Below, piece by piece: positions 16,655 through 40,156 of a stretch of DNA of 64,000 nucleotides. Source of the DNA: Salpingoeca rosetta (taxonomy: Eukaryota; Protista; Choanoflagellata). The notes under the pieces were generated by a model. It had not been told where the DNA came from and searched no databases. It saw only the letters and a list, made by a program, of their open reading frames with translations. The stretch is taken from positions 82,038-146,037 of the forward strand of contig JAWQFM010000007.1 of assembly GCA_033442325.1 (NCBI GenBank), written 5' to 3'. The position numbers and the translations under genes are program-made. Numbering within the stretch: position 1 is the first letter of the stretch; the number at the start of each line of letters is the position of its first letter.

Positions 16655-17355
16655 ACCCACACACACACAGACAGACACACACACATACATACACACACAC
16701 ACACGGACACACGCACGAGCACACGAGGGAGCAAGACGTACAGCTGGGTTGTTGGTGTCGACGATGGCCACAGAGTCGCATGGGCGGGCACGTAGGTCCG
16801 GCAGTAGCGGCGGCACGTCCACCTTGAACTGTCGTCAAAACGACGAAGGCAAGAGGAACCATGAGTGTCAACAAGAGCAGTTGCCACGACAAGGTGCCAC
16901 GATAAGGTGCCACGATGGGGTTACGTGTGGACAACCTCAGCAAGTCGGGGTGCGAGTGAGCAACAAGGGCAAGCACGTCGTCACACTCACCCGTTGCAGC
17001 ACGTATTCCGTCTCTGGGTTGAGGTCACCGAGCCGATATGCCGTGGCCTTGGAGCCATCGTGCTCCAGCTCAATGGCACGCACAATGGCTGCGCACACAG
17101 CATCCGTATCAGGGATCTACAAGACACGTAGCATGGAGTGTGACAATGCAGTGTGCGAGTATCAAGGACGTCAACAACAAAGTGAGGTGGTGCGGGCGCA
17201 CATCTGCGTAGGGAGGCATATGAACACATACACGATGGGAACGACCCCCACGAAGCTGACAGACACGATGGGTACACGTACAGACACACACACACACAGA
17301 CACACAGACACACACACACACACACACACAGACACACAGACACACAGACACACAG

Positions 17356-17386
<31 letters not shown>

Positions 17387-17664
17387 TAGACACACACACA
17401 CACACACAGACACACACACACACAGACACACACACAGACACACACACACTCACTCACACACACAAAACCAACCTTATGGCCAAAGACGCAGACGGTAGCC
17501 GCCTGTGATGAGTTGAAGCGCATCCCACCACCCATCATGGTAGCAGCAGCAGCAGCAGCAGCAGCAGGACAGCTGGTGCTGGTCCCTGCTCTCGCCAAAG
17601 CGCTCGTGATCGCAACAACAGGCAACCCGAGTCGCACAAACCTCATCATCATCATCATCACCAT
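14949..17664 (-). CDS. ppaC: Family II (DHH/DHHA2) manganese-dependent inorganic pyrophosphatase, PpaC-like, with an N-terminal targeting-like extension; 7 exons
   Basis: Spliced product contains VFGHKIPDTDA, LGDLNPETEYVL, VDTN, IIDHHK, ILSDSLHFRSVTTT, LDSK and GVLSRKKQMIP, all characteristic of PpaC. The exact start within the ATG run at 17644-17664 is uncertain. Confidence 0.9.
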
Positions 17665-17931
17665 CGTGTGTGTGTGTTGTTGTCCTTCTTGTGCAGACGA
17701 AAATGGCGCGACTGCTGTTTCGTTTGTGTTGTGTTGTTGTTTGGATGTTGCACATGCACGTGTGTGTGGGTGTGATTGTGATCTGATCGACCTGTTTCCC
17801 CTCGCGCTTCTTGTGCGCGCGCATGTGTGTGTGTTCACCCAGCTCAGCCTACGCATGTTTAGCATCATCTTCAGCACCAGATAGGTAGGACAACACGAAA
17901 AGCTAACAACATGCCAGGGAGAGACGGGCAT

Positions 17932-18031
<100 letters not shown>

Positions 18032-18036
18032 CGCAC

Positions 18037-26464
<8,428 letters not shown>

Positions 26465-26730
26465 GGTGACTCACGCAGAAGGGGGGGGGGAAGAGAGGGG
26501 AGACGGGGGAGACGGGGGAGACGAAGAAACAGGCAACAAGCAGGCCAACGGTGTCCGCCTGGACCACAACAAGCCAGTCGGTCGGAGCAGACGATGCCAA
26601 AAGCACACAGAAGATGGAACACGTTGCTGTCTGCTGTCTGCTGTTGTTTGCGCAGCTCTGTTTGCGCAGCACGTGTGTTGTGGATTTCGTGGTGTCGCGG
26701 ACGGTGATTTCGGCGACTGATCAACATTGT

Positions 26731-26745
26731 GGAAAGTTCTAGAAA
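26731..26745. promoter_or_regulatory. Candidate heat-shock element (nGAAnnTTCnnGAAn) in the BMS1/bZIP divergent intergenic region
   Basis: gGAAagTTCtaGAAa is a perfect three-unit HSF consensus. Function is untested. Confidence 0.4.
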
Positions 26746-27588
26746 GCTTTGCGCCAAATTTCGTGGCAGCTTTCGCGCAATTGCAACACGACCAACCAAA
26801 CACCATTCTGCCGGTCGCTGTTGCGTGCGTGTTTTCGAGCGAGCAGCACCCTTCCTCCCCTTGACCTACTTGCTTCTTGCTTGCTTGCAGCAGCGGGATA
26901 CCACATTCTCGCATTTGCTCAGCGCCTGCATTTTTCAACAGTTCAAGGTGGGGGTTTGCCAATGTTTCTGATGGTGGTGGGAACGGGGAAGGTCGTGCCG
27001 TGCGGGTGTTGCGTGCGTGTGAGCCTGCGCGTCTGCCATGTGTGTGTGCGTTCTCCCCGCTTCTCTTCTTGTTCGCCCATGGTTTTTCTTGTATTGCTCG
27101 TGTGACTTCTGGAGTCAGTCAGACGGTTGTGTTTGCAAGTTGGCTCGGCACGAGCAGAAACCCATGAGTTCTCGAGCTTGCGAGAATTGTCCCTTTGGGT
27201 TTTGAAAACCCGCTCTTTTCTCGTGCATCTACGCTCGCACCCTCTTGAGAGCAGCACTTTGCAGCCATCAATCCATCCCCATTCACGCTGCTTTGCGTGG
27301 TCTCACATCACATCGAACAAAACAACCACCTTTGCTCTGCCGCATTGCTTTTTGTTTGGTTTCGTCGCATCCACTTCAGACACACAGGAGCACCGTTTGT
27401 TCCAACCCAAAGCCCCGAAGTCGTTGACTGTTCCGGACACAACAAGCAGTTACAGGCAGCGTGTATTCGAGTATTACCCGTTGTCTTGTCGCAGCACACT
27501 TGACGTGTTCACAAGCTCGTCGACGCGCAATCAGCCGCCCGGCACCCTTGCAGCACCCCCATTACATTTACAGCAACAACTGAAGGAG

Positions 27589-28311
27589 ATGGATCAGGAA
27601 AACATCCCGGACGGCTTCCCGCCAACCACGAGCGCGGTGCCGCAGCTCACCAACAGCCAGCTCCCGGCAGGCTTTGTCACGCCGGAGTTTGACATTGCGG
27701 CGCTCACGGTGGATGAGCTGCGGGAGGAGATGAGCCAGCGAGGCCTGCTCGGCACGGGGTCCAAGGCCGAGCTGTGCGACCGGCTGTCAAAGGCCATCTT
27801 GAACGGCGAGACGCCGCCACACCGGCTCACAGCCCCAATTGAGAAGAAGAAGCGGCCGCACACACGCAAGGAGCCGCGCAGGGAAGACTTTGCCACAGAG
27901 GAGGAGTTCCAATCCGTGTGGACCAGGTGGCGGCAGGCCAGGAACAACAACAACAAGTCGGTGAAGAAGTCGCGGGAGAACCAGCGGAAGCGGCGGCAGG
28001 AGCACGAGGAGCTGTGCCGGCGCCGCGAAGAGGAAAACGCAAAGATGGAGGACGAGCTGCAGCAGATCAAGAGCCAGATCCAGCTCCTTGTCAAGGCCGT
28101 GGCCCAGCCCGACGCCCTGTCGCAGGACCAGGTCACCAACCTGCAGCAGATTCTCATGCGCAAGCACGCCGAGTTCAACGCCGCCAAGCGCGCAAAGGAA
28201 GGTGACGGCGTTGATAGTATTGATGGTGCTGTGGATGGTGCTGTGGATGGTTTGGGTGATGCTACGGGTGATGGTGACGCCAGCGCCCGGGCCAGCGCCC
28301 AGCAGCCTTGA
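27589..28311 (+). CDS. Intronless SAP-domain plus C/EBP-like bZIP transcription factor
   Basis: SAP motif LTVDELREEMSQRGLLGTGSKAELCDRL. Basic region RQARNNNNKSVKKSR has N-x7-R with the C/EBP-type Val. It is followed by a zipper, MEDELQQIKSQIQLL. Confidence 0.85.
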   Translation: MDQENIPDGFPPTTSAVPQLTNSQLPAGFVTPEFDIAALTVDELREEMSQRGLLGTGSKAELCDRLSKAILNGETPPHRLTAPIEKKKRPHTRKEPRREDFATEEEFQSVWTRWRQARNNNNKSVKKSRENQRKRRQEHEELCRRREEENAKMEDELQQIKSQIQLLVKAVAQPDALSQDQVTNLQQILMRKHAEFNAAKRAKEGDGVDSIDGAVDGAVDGLGDATGDGDASARASAQQP

Positions 28312-28416
28312 AGAGCTGTTTGGCATGAACCGGTCGAGTTGGAATCGCGTGCACAGGGGAATCGAGTGCATGCGCTGTTGATGCCTGCGTGCCTGCGTGT
28401 GGGTTGTTAGTGCATG

Positions 28417-28448
28417 TGTTGTTGTTGTTGCTGCGCTTGTTGCTGCGC

Positions 28449-28498
<50 letters not shown>

Positions 28499-28523
28499 GC
28501 TGCTGCGCTTGTTGTTGCTGCGC

Positions 28524-28612
<89 letters not shown>
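28417..28612. repeat. (GTT)n microsatellite with GCTGCGCTT interruptions, downstream of the bZIP gene
   Basis: Directly visible. Confidence 0.9.
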
Positions 28613-28614
<2 letters not shown>

Positions 28615-29183
28615 GTGTGTGTGTGTGTGTGTGTTATTGTTTTTGCATTCGTGGACGTTTGTTTGTTCGTGGTCGAAGGCTCTTTTGCTCCTCCCATCTT
28701 TTCAGAGCCACCCCCATGGGGTCTACACTTTGTTTTGTTGTTGTTTGCAGTCAGTTAATTGATCACTTTCTTTTGCTTTTATTTTGCATCAACATTTTCA
28801 CTGTTGAGTAGTTGCGTTGCTTGTTTGTGTTTGTGTTGGTTGTCGCCGCCCGCTGCTGGTGCCGGAGACAGGGTGGCGCATCCCATAGACAACTTTAATC
28901 GAAGAAAGAACAAGCCCAGGTAATACAACACAGCACGAGGAGAGAAGGAAAGGAAGAAGGAGAAGGAAAAGACAAGTCGGGGCCGGCCCATCGGCCCAAG
29001 CGACCAACAACAGCTGTGAGGACTGCATGTGCGCTGGCGTGCATCTGTGCTGTGACACGCGCAATCGCAGTCAACCGGCCCCATCCCACAGCTAAGCAAG
29101 CACATACGACAGTGACCATGAGTGCGATGTTGCACGTACACGACACAAAACCACACCAAAGGGCACACGTGCCTAAGGTGGCA

Positions 29184-32101
<2,918 letters not shown>

Positions 32102-32375
32102 CGTTCCAAGTTTGTTATTGTGCGATGGGAGCTGTCTCACACCTCACGTCACGCTTCCCTCACAAACACCAAACAGCTCAGATGTCGTTCTTCGTCGCTG
32201 TTGTGTGTGTATTTGTGTGCTTGAAAGTTGGTTGAAGATATTCGCCAATCGCCCTCAACCGCACCGGCTTTCCAACGCGTGGGTGCATTTCCACAACTTC
32301 CATCCACCCAGCACCACCCCACCAGAACACAAGTAGCACGCTCAGATCACCACCACACAGACACACACAGACAAG

Positions 32376-32613
32376 ATGATCATCCCTGTGCGCTGCTTCT
32401 CCTGCGGCAAGGTGATTGGCAACAAGTACAAGCGCTTTCTCGGCTTTGTGGATGCAGAGTACGGCGAGAGGTCAGTTCTCAACAGGACGTATATGTATGC
32501 TGTGTGTGAGTGTTGTGTGTTGTGGGAAGTGTGTTTAGAGAGAGAGAGAGAGAGTGTGTGTGTGTGTGTGTGCGTATGTTTGTTTGTACTTTGTGTGTGT
32601 GTGTGTGTGTGCA

Positions 32614-32654
<41 letters not shown>

Positions 32655-32914
32655 ACGTGTCGTTGTCGTGCGTGCATGTGTGCTTGTTTGTCTGTGTGCA
32701 CTTTTGTCCACCATGTGCGTGTTTTTGTTCACCAGCACAATTCTTACCCCCTCGCCAACAAAACCAAACCTACTCTCCCTCAACGACAACACCATGCAGC
32801 AAAGCGTTGGATGAGGTTGGCCTGAAGCGGTATTGCTGCCGTCGTATGCTGCTGACACACGTGGATCTCATTGAGAAGCTCCTCGAGTACTCTGCCCTTG
32901 AGCAGCGCGACTGA
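32376..32914 (+). CDS. RPB10: RNA polymerase I/II/III shared subunit RPABC5 (RPB10); 2 exons
   Basis: Exons 32376-32470 and 32800-32914 give [15 protein letters not shown]...[19 protein letters not shown]. Confidence 0.97.
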
Positions 32915-33042
32915 ACCAGCCACGAACAAACCCTTCCCCCCTCCCCCAGTTGTTGGAGTCATCGTTTCCGCATGATGTCGGCGCGACTACCATTTGTCCT
33001 GCATCAGTCATGTGTCAGCTGCGCCCTCCTCCAACCCACTGA

Positions 33043-33100
<58 letters not shown>

Positions 33101-33675
33101 GACACATAATGTACATTCTCCTGCCCCATGCAATCTCTCCCAATCCGTACCTCACTCGCTCTTTTTCTGCAATTCTTCCTCACCCCGCTTGATACCCTCA
33201 GCGCGCGCGCTCCCATGTTGACTTCCCGTCCACCCGTGTAAACGCTTGCTTGCTTGATTCCCTTTTCTGTTGGCGTGTCACATTACATTTTGGCTTAAGA
33301 CAACATGAACCGAAACCCTCACGTCTACACATACACAGCGACAAAGGGAAATCAAACACACAAACACGTGCACACAGAAAAGTGTTGGGAGCGCGAAGAG
33401 CCAAGGCCCTCAACAACGCACAGACACACCACTCACACGACAACAAGGGCAACATGGCACAAACACACAAAGACGAGGACTCGACACAGCAAGCTAGCGG
33501 GATGATAGGTGCTGAGAACTGGAAGGGGGGGGGGGGGACAGGGAGTGGGATACCCAGGGGGCACAACCCGCACCACGCGACTACGCATTCACGTGAGACA
33601 ACAGCGAGTGGGCGGGTGGGCGCGTTCATGGATTGATGTGGGTGTGGGCGATGGCTGTGGCAGTTGCAGTCGCCT

Positions 33676-33805
33676 TTAGCGCACGGTGACAATGTCGTCA
33701 ATCTTCATGATGCTGCGGACCGTCTCGGCAGCAAACACAACGGCGCTCGTCGACACCAGCAGCGGCTGCACAACATTCTCCTCAAGAATGTCCGTGATCA
33801 TGCCC

Positions 33806-33901
<96 letters not shown>

Positions 33902-33949
33902 TGCGCACGGGAAGACAGTGTCAGGCAGACCATCAAGACAAGAGCCACT

Positions 33950-33985
<36 letters not shown>

Positions 33986-35091
33986 GCTGCGTGTGCGCGT
34001 GTACCTTGAGGATCTTTGTGCTGCCTGTGGAGACCTCCTCGACGCGATCCGCCGTTGCCATCACGTCGGGGGTCAGGTCGTCAATGTGCGCAATTGGCCG
34101 GCACCCGAGCGACTGCACGGCAGAGGCGGCGATGGTGTCATGACATTCGCAGAGAGGGTGAGGGAGAGGTGAGGCAGTGTTGGGTGAAATGAGGCTGTGG
34201 CGTGGAGCCATGGCGAGGATGAAGGCGCAAGCAAATGGCTCCAGTGAACTCAAAACCAAGGAAAAGGCAATGCGCACCGACGCACCCTGCAGATGAAGTC
34301 AACTTGGTCGCGCTCAATGTTCTTGACAACGTTGATCTTCATCTTGTTGAGGAAGTGCAGCGCCTGGTCGCTCACAGCTTCCCTGCGCACGTGCAAACAG
34401 TTTGGGGGGGGGGAGGAGGGGAGCAAGACGAGAAATTGGCGTCAAGTGTGTATGTGTGTGTGTGAGAGTGTGTGTGAGTGTTGTGAGTGTGTTCGGTGGG
34501 GGTCGGGAATGGTGCAAACAACGGCAAAGGTGACGAGGCAGCATCAGCAACAAAAACAACAAACGCAGACAAAACGATCAAGCAGTCGAGCCGCAGCACC
34601 TGAGGATGCTCTTCTGGACGAGGAGGACGTTGCAGCCAGACTTCTTGATCTTCTTGCACAGGTTCATAATGTAATTGCGCTCCTCCTTCAGCACGCGGTC
34701 CATCTGAGAATAGTCCGAAATCACAACCTGGTTGTCAAGCTGTCAAGTGCACAGGCAAAACGTCGCAGCAATGGGCAAACGTGAGCAAAGGCAGTGGCGG
34801 GAAACGCGTCGGCACACGCGACACGTGCGTTGTTTACATTGCACAGGCCTCACAGCAACAAGTGCAACAATTCGAAGCAGTGCGCTTCCACGAACGAACG
34901 AACAAATAAACAAACCCACATACAAACAAACACACAGAGTATACACACAGAGTGTACACACAAACAAACAAACAAACAAACAAACAAACAAACAAACAAA
35001 CAAACAGACAAACAAACGACGGAACGAACCCAGAACCCACCCACACACACACCCACACACACAACACACACAAGCATTCACACCCCTCTGC

Positions 35092-35128
<37 letters not shown>

Positions 35129-37079
35129 CTGCGTGTCCCGTGTGAATGCTCACGTCTGTCTTTGGGGCGGAGAGGCAGAACTGGACAAGGGCAATCTTTG
35201 CGTTGTCCTGCGAGTCGCGGTTGCTCATGAGGTGCGAAAAGTGCTTGTCAATCACAACGCCGTCAACAAGCTCTGTGTCCTCAATGGTGCCACTGCAATC
35301 AGCACACAAGACATGCGAGGAACAGAGTGAGCCACGCCAGAAACGTAGAGGAAGGAAGAGAAAGAGAGGCGTGCACACACACACACGCACACTCGCACAA
35401 AAGCACACACATACTCGCACACACACGCACGCGCACGCACACACACGCACACACACATGAGCGCAAGCATTCGCAGGCGCAATGCGTGTACATGAAACCA
35501 TGAGACTGCAACTCACTCGAGCTTCTGGATGAGCTTGATGTCGTTGAGGTCGACGGTGCAGGCCTCCTGGTCGGCAACCTTGAGCACGGCATCGACGACA
35601 ATGGGGGCAATCGTGTCGGCGTACAGCGACACGACCTTCGAGTTGAGCGATGTCTTTGCGCTCTTGATCAGCTCCTCGCGGTCAGACAGCTCAATCGGCG
35701 TCGACATCTGCCATCAACGACAAAAGCAAAGGGAAGAACATATGGCAAGAGGTTGCGTTGTCGTTTGGTGCGTGGGTGGGTGGGTGAGTGAGCGTATTTT
35801 GCAGCTGTTGAAATGGGGGGGGGAGGGTGCAGTAAGGGTGTGACCGCGCCGCTGTGCGACTGCGACTGTGCGACTGTGCGACGTGATGCATGCAACAACA
35901 CTTGTTGTCACCCGCAAGCGGAAGCAGCAAAGCACGCTTGCGCGGGCAACAGCCCTGGGCATGTGCGGGCCCTTGACGGTGTTCTCATGGTTGGTCTGCA
36001 AAACAACTTACGGCCTCGAGGATCTCTGCGCTCTTTGCGGCGGCCAGGCCAAAGGCGTTGGAGATCTCGCTGGGGTGAATGCCCTTGCTGAGAAGGCGCT
36101 CGCAGGCATTGAGCAGGCTACCGGCAATCACCACAACGGAGGTTGTGCCATCGCCAGCCTCCACATCCTGTGCCTTGGACAGCTGCACCAGCTGTAAAAG
36201 TGCGCGCACACACACACACACACACAATACAGGAGTGAGAAGTTTGCACACTGGATCGCACACAGACACAGACACACACACGCGCTTACGCACACAGACA
36301 CATACGCACAAGAAGAAGCGCTCACGCTCATACTCTGTTTTGTCAGCCTCTGGCGGGTGAATGATCACACAGGCCACTCACCATCTTTGCGGCAGGGTGA
36401 AGGACGTCGATGAGGTCGAGGATGGTGGCACCGTCGTTGGTGATGGTGACACTGCCATCGGCCTTCTGGATCTGCACATCCACAGATCGCATGATACGTC
36501 GCCACGCACGACAACACCAGCCACAATCCAAGCATGAGGTATTGAAGGTCAAGCGTTTCAGCAAACAACACGCCAGCGTCGCCTCCGCTCCCACGCACCG
36601 CTTCCAAGCACCAGCCTGAGAGCGCATTCAAGCGATCTCACCATCTTGTCCATGCCCTTGGGGCCAAGACTGGTGCGAACGGCATCGGCGACGGCTGTGT
36701 TTCGGAGACAAGGGTGCGCGTTGGGGAGTTGACAGATCAAATGAGCCTCAAACAAGGACGGCAGTGGACACACTGTTGACTGCTAGAACCTTCTTCTTCA
36801 CTCACCCATACAACAACTACAATGACAACAGAAACGATGCCGACGACGACTGCTGCTGCGCATACGTGGCCGGCATCATGTTTTCTCTCTTCCAACACCA
36901 TGGCACAACAGCATCGATGACATGCCCCAGCACCATGGCACAAACGCACCCTTTGCGGCGGCAATGTTGGACATGCGCACGGTGGCGGGCTTGGACTTGT
37001 CCTTGTAGACGCCGCCTTGGTTGCCGCCAGCGGCAGGGGCGGCGGGAGCGGCGGGGGCAGCGGCCTGAGGTTGGCTCAT
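33676..37079 (-). CDS. CCT4: T-complex protein 1 subunit delta (CCT4); as assembled, about 120 aa near the C-terminus are missing
   Basis: DKSKP...[78 protein letters not shown]. Confidence 0.92.
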
Positions 37080-37431
37080 CGTGGCGGGTGGTGGTGCTTG
37101 TGTTTGGTCGAGGGGTTGGTGGCAGTTGCGAGGTGAGGGTGGTGAGTTGTGGTTGTTCGGCCTCGTGTGGTGGTGGTGCTTGTGTGTGTGTGTGTTGTTG
37201 GCTGGTTGTGCGGCTGCAGTTTTCTTTTATTTTTGCCTTGGCGGATGATTTGTAAAGAAAAATATCAATGATTTGTGCTGATATCAGCGAAAATATGCCC
37301 GACAGCACAAAACAAATCATGACAAACAATACGCGCGGGAGGAGTGAGGCCTCGCGACAACGCGGCGTTCCAACGCCACCAACAAAACCAGCCAAAACCA
37401 CAACAGCGACAGCAAAGATGACAAGACGACG

Positions 37432-37466
<35 letters not shown>

Positions 37467-37743
37467 CAAACCTACAAACACCCCCACACCTGCCGCTGCA
37501 CCAACCAAACTGAGAGTCGAGCCAGCAGCAGCAGAAGCAGCAGAAGCAGCAGCATTTGAGTGGCAGGCGTGACAGAGGAGAGTGGGAGGTGGAGAACATC
37601 AGTTGTGGCTGTTCCATCAATACTTCAATACGTCGCTTGCTTGCTTGCTTGCTCATCCCCCTCCCCTTCCTTCCTTCCTTCCTTGAACCTGCACGAACGC
37701 GGAAAAACAAAACCTTCCACAGCAACCAGGCAGCTTCACACGA

Positions 37744-39248
37744 ATGAAGCGTGTTTGGGGCAGCATGGCGGTGCTTGGCGTGTTGCTGCTGGCGTTGCTG
37801 CTGGGCTCGGGTGGCAGAGTCGCCGTGGCACAAAGCAGCACCAGCAGCACCAGCAGCACCAGCACCACAACAGCCAGTGCAAGTGGAAGATCAAGTGCTG
37901 GTGTTGTTTTCTCATCAGCCACAACAATCGAGCCGCCGCCAGCAACCACCACGGCAGCAGCAGGCAGTGCCAATGGCACCAACACCACCGCCAACACTGC
38001 CTCATACAAGAACCCAAGCATAGTCTGTACGTTCTTGCAACGTTGTGTTGCTGTGAGTGTGGTGGCACAAAGTGCAAGTGCAAGGGGAGGGGGGCTTTGT
38101 TTGTACTTGGTACGAGGCGTGTCTGATCCTTTATGCATATTGCTCGCAACGGACGGGTGTGATCGTGCATAGTGCATGCGTGTAGCAACCCATCGCACAG
38201 CACCGTTTCCACACATGCCTGCACGCTGCGGCCCGTTACAATGCCACCCTCTCACTTGCTTACGCGATCGCATCCTCATCCTGCACATGTTGCACTGCCA
38301 ATAGATGCGGCGTGGTATGCCGAGGTGGCCCTGCTAATCTTGCTCCCGTGCATCATTGCAGTGCCAAGCCAAATCCACCACACGTCCCTCAAGGTCGAGC
38401 ATGCACGAGCACATGACAAAGCGCCATGCAGTGTTCTGCACAACGCCAGAACCTGTGATCCTGCAATGCCACACAGCACTTTGCCAATTTGCCACACACC
38501 ACACCACCCCCTCCCCCTCACTCCACGAAATCCACTGGTATCCTTGCCGCACCATTATTCCCTGCAGGTTGGCACCATTGCAGCGCACCTCGCAATGCAC
38601 ACCGTCCTCATTGCTGTACTGCTTCGCCAGCACCACGACAGCACACAGATCCCCTGCCAGGTTGGTTGATAATCACCAGTGTGCCTTTGTGTGTGTGTGT
38701 CTGTGCCTGTGTGTCTGTACCTGGTTTGTGTGTGTGTGTGTGTGAATGTGTGTTTGTGTGTGGATGTGTTTGTATGTGTGTGTGTGTGGATGTGTGTCTG
38801 TGATCGTTGTTGTGAGACGGATGTCGATTGGTGTTGCATTCGGGTGTGGTTCTGTACGTTGCATGCGTGCCGCAATGTTGAATTATGCATGCCTACGCTG
38901 TGAACAAACGCTGCGCTGTCAAATGTGTCAGCCACCAACAACATGTAACATCCGTTGCCTTGAACGTGCGTGTCCAACAGGTGTGCGGGTTGGTGGTGTT
39001 GGGGTCCGTGGCGCTGCTCATGTGCACGTGGGCAGCGCGCGCAATGCTCATTTACCAGCGCGTCATCATCACGCGACGCGAAAACGATATCTTCGCTGCT
39101 GTTGGTCGGTGGTGGTGCGGGACCCGTCTGGCACCCGCTGTTGTCGTTCCCGTTGCCCTCGCCATCGCAGCCTGGTTCCTCTTCCCAAAGTACGCGCGGG
39201 ACGCATGGGGCAGCAACACACACACACACACACACATTCTTGGTGGTG

Positions 39249-39286
<38 letters not shown>

Positions 39287-39288
39287 TG

Positions 39289-39350
<62 letters not shown>

Positions 39351-39649
39351 CTTGTGCGCCTGCATCGCAAGCAAGATTAGCACCATCACAACCGTGTCGC
39401 ACTCACCTCCTCTCCCCCATCCTGTCATCCTGGTTGCATGCAATTGCATCATCAGCAACTTCAAGGAGAGCGCGTGCATCCCAGCATGGCAGACGCCAAC
39501 AACATATATGCTTCTGACCACGACGGTTGTGGGCTGTGTTGTTGCTTCTGCACACTTACTCATTGCCCGCGCTTCCCCGGACATTTACTCTCCAGCTGAC
39601 AACATCGTTCAGGTGTGTGAGTTGGTGTGTGTGCGTCTGCGAGCGAGTG

Positions 39650-39687
<38 letters not shown>

Positions 39688-40088
39688 GTTTGCACGAATT
39701 GCGTGTTTGTTGTTCGTCAGTCGCCAGAAAGGAGAGTGCTTGTGGGTTTGCGCCTTGCGTGTGAATCTCAAAGGTACTGCCCCACTCATCATCTCGTTCA
39801 CACCGTTAGTCCTCACACGCCACCTGTCCTTCTCTCCACCTGCATTTTGCACTCCAGCGCGCCACGTCCCAGTTTGTGCTGCACGTGCTGGTGTGCTGCC
39901 TGGTGCTGGCGTGGGTGCACATCGTTCCCTCCAGCGACGCCCTTGTCAGCGTCTTCTCGGCAGCGCTCGTGCTCATGGTGGTGCGTTGCTAGTCGGTGTA
40001 CTATCAACGCATTCTTGAATATGACGCCAGCAACAGAACACAGTTCCTGAACACATGCACATGTAACACACACACACGCGCGCGCGCG

Positions 40089-40156
<68 letters not shown>

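Noticed and set aside
27127-27588. N-terminal extension of the bZIP ORF in the supplied track
   Set aside because: It starts at a non-ATG codon and looks like UTR. The first in-frame ATG is at 27589.
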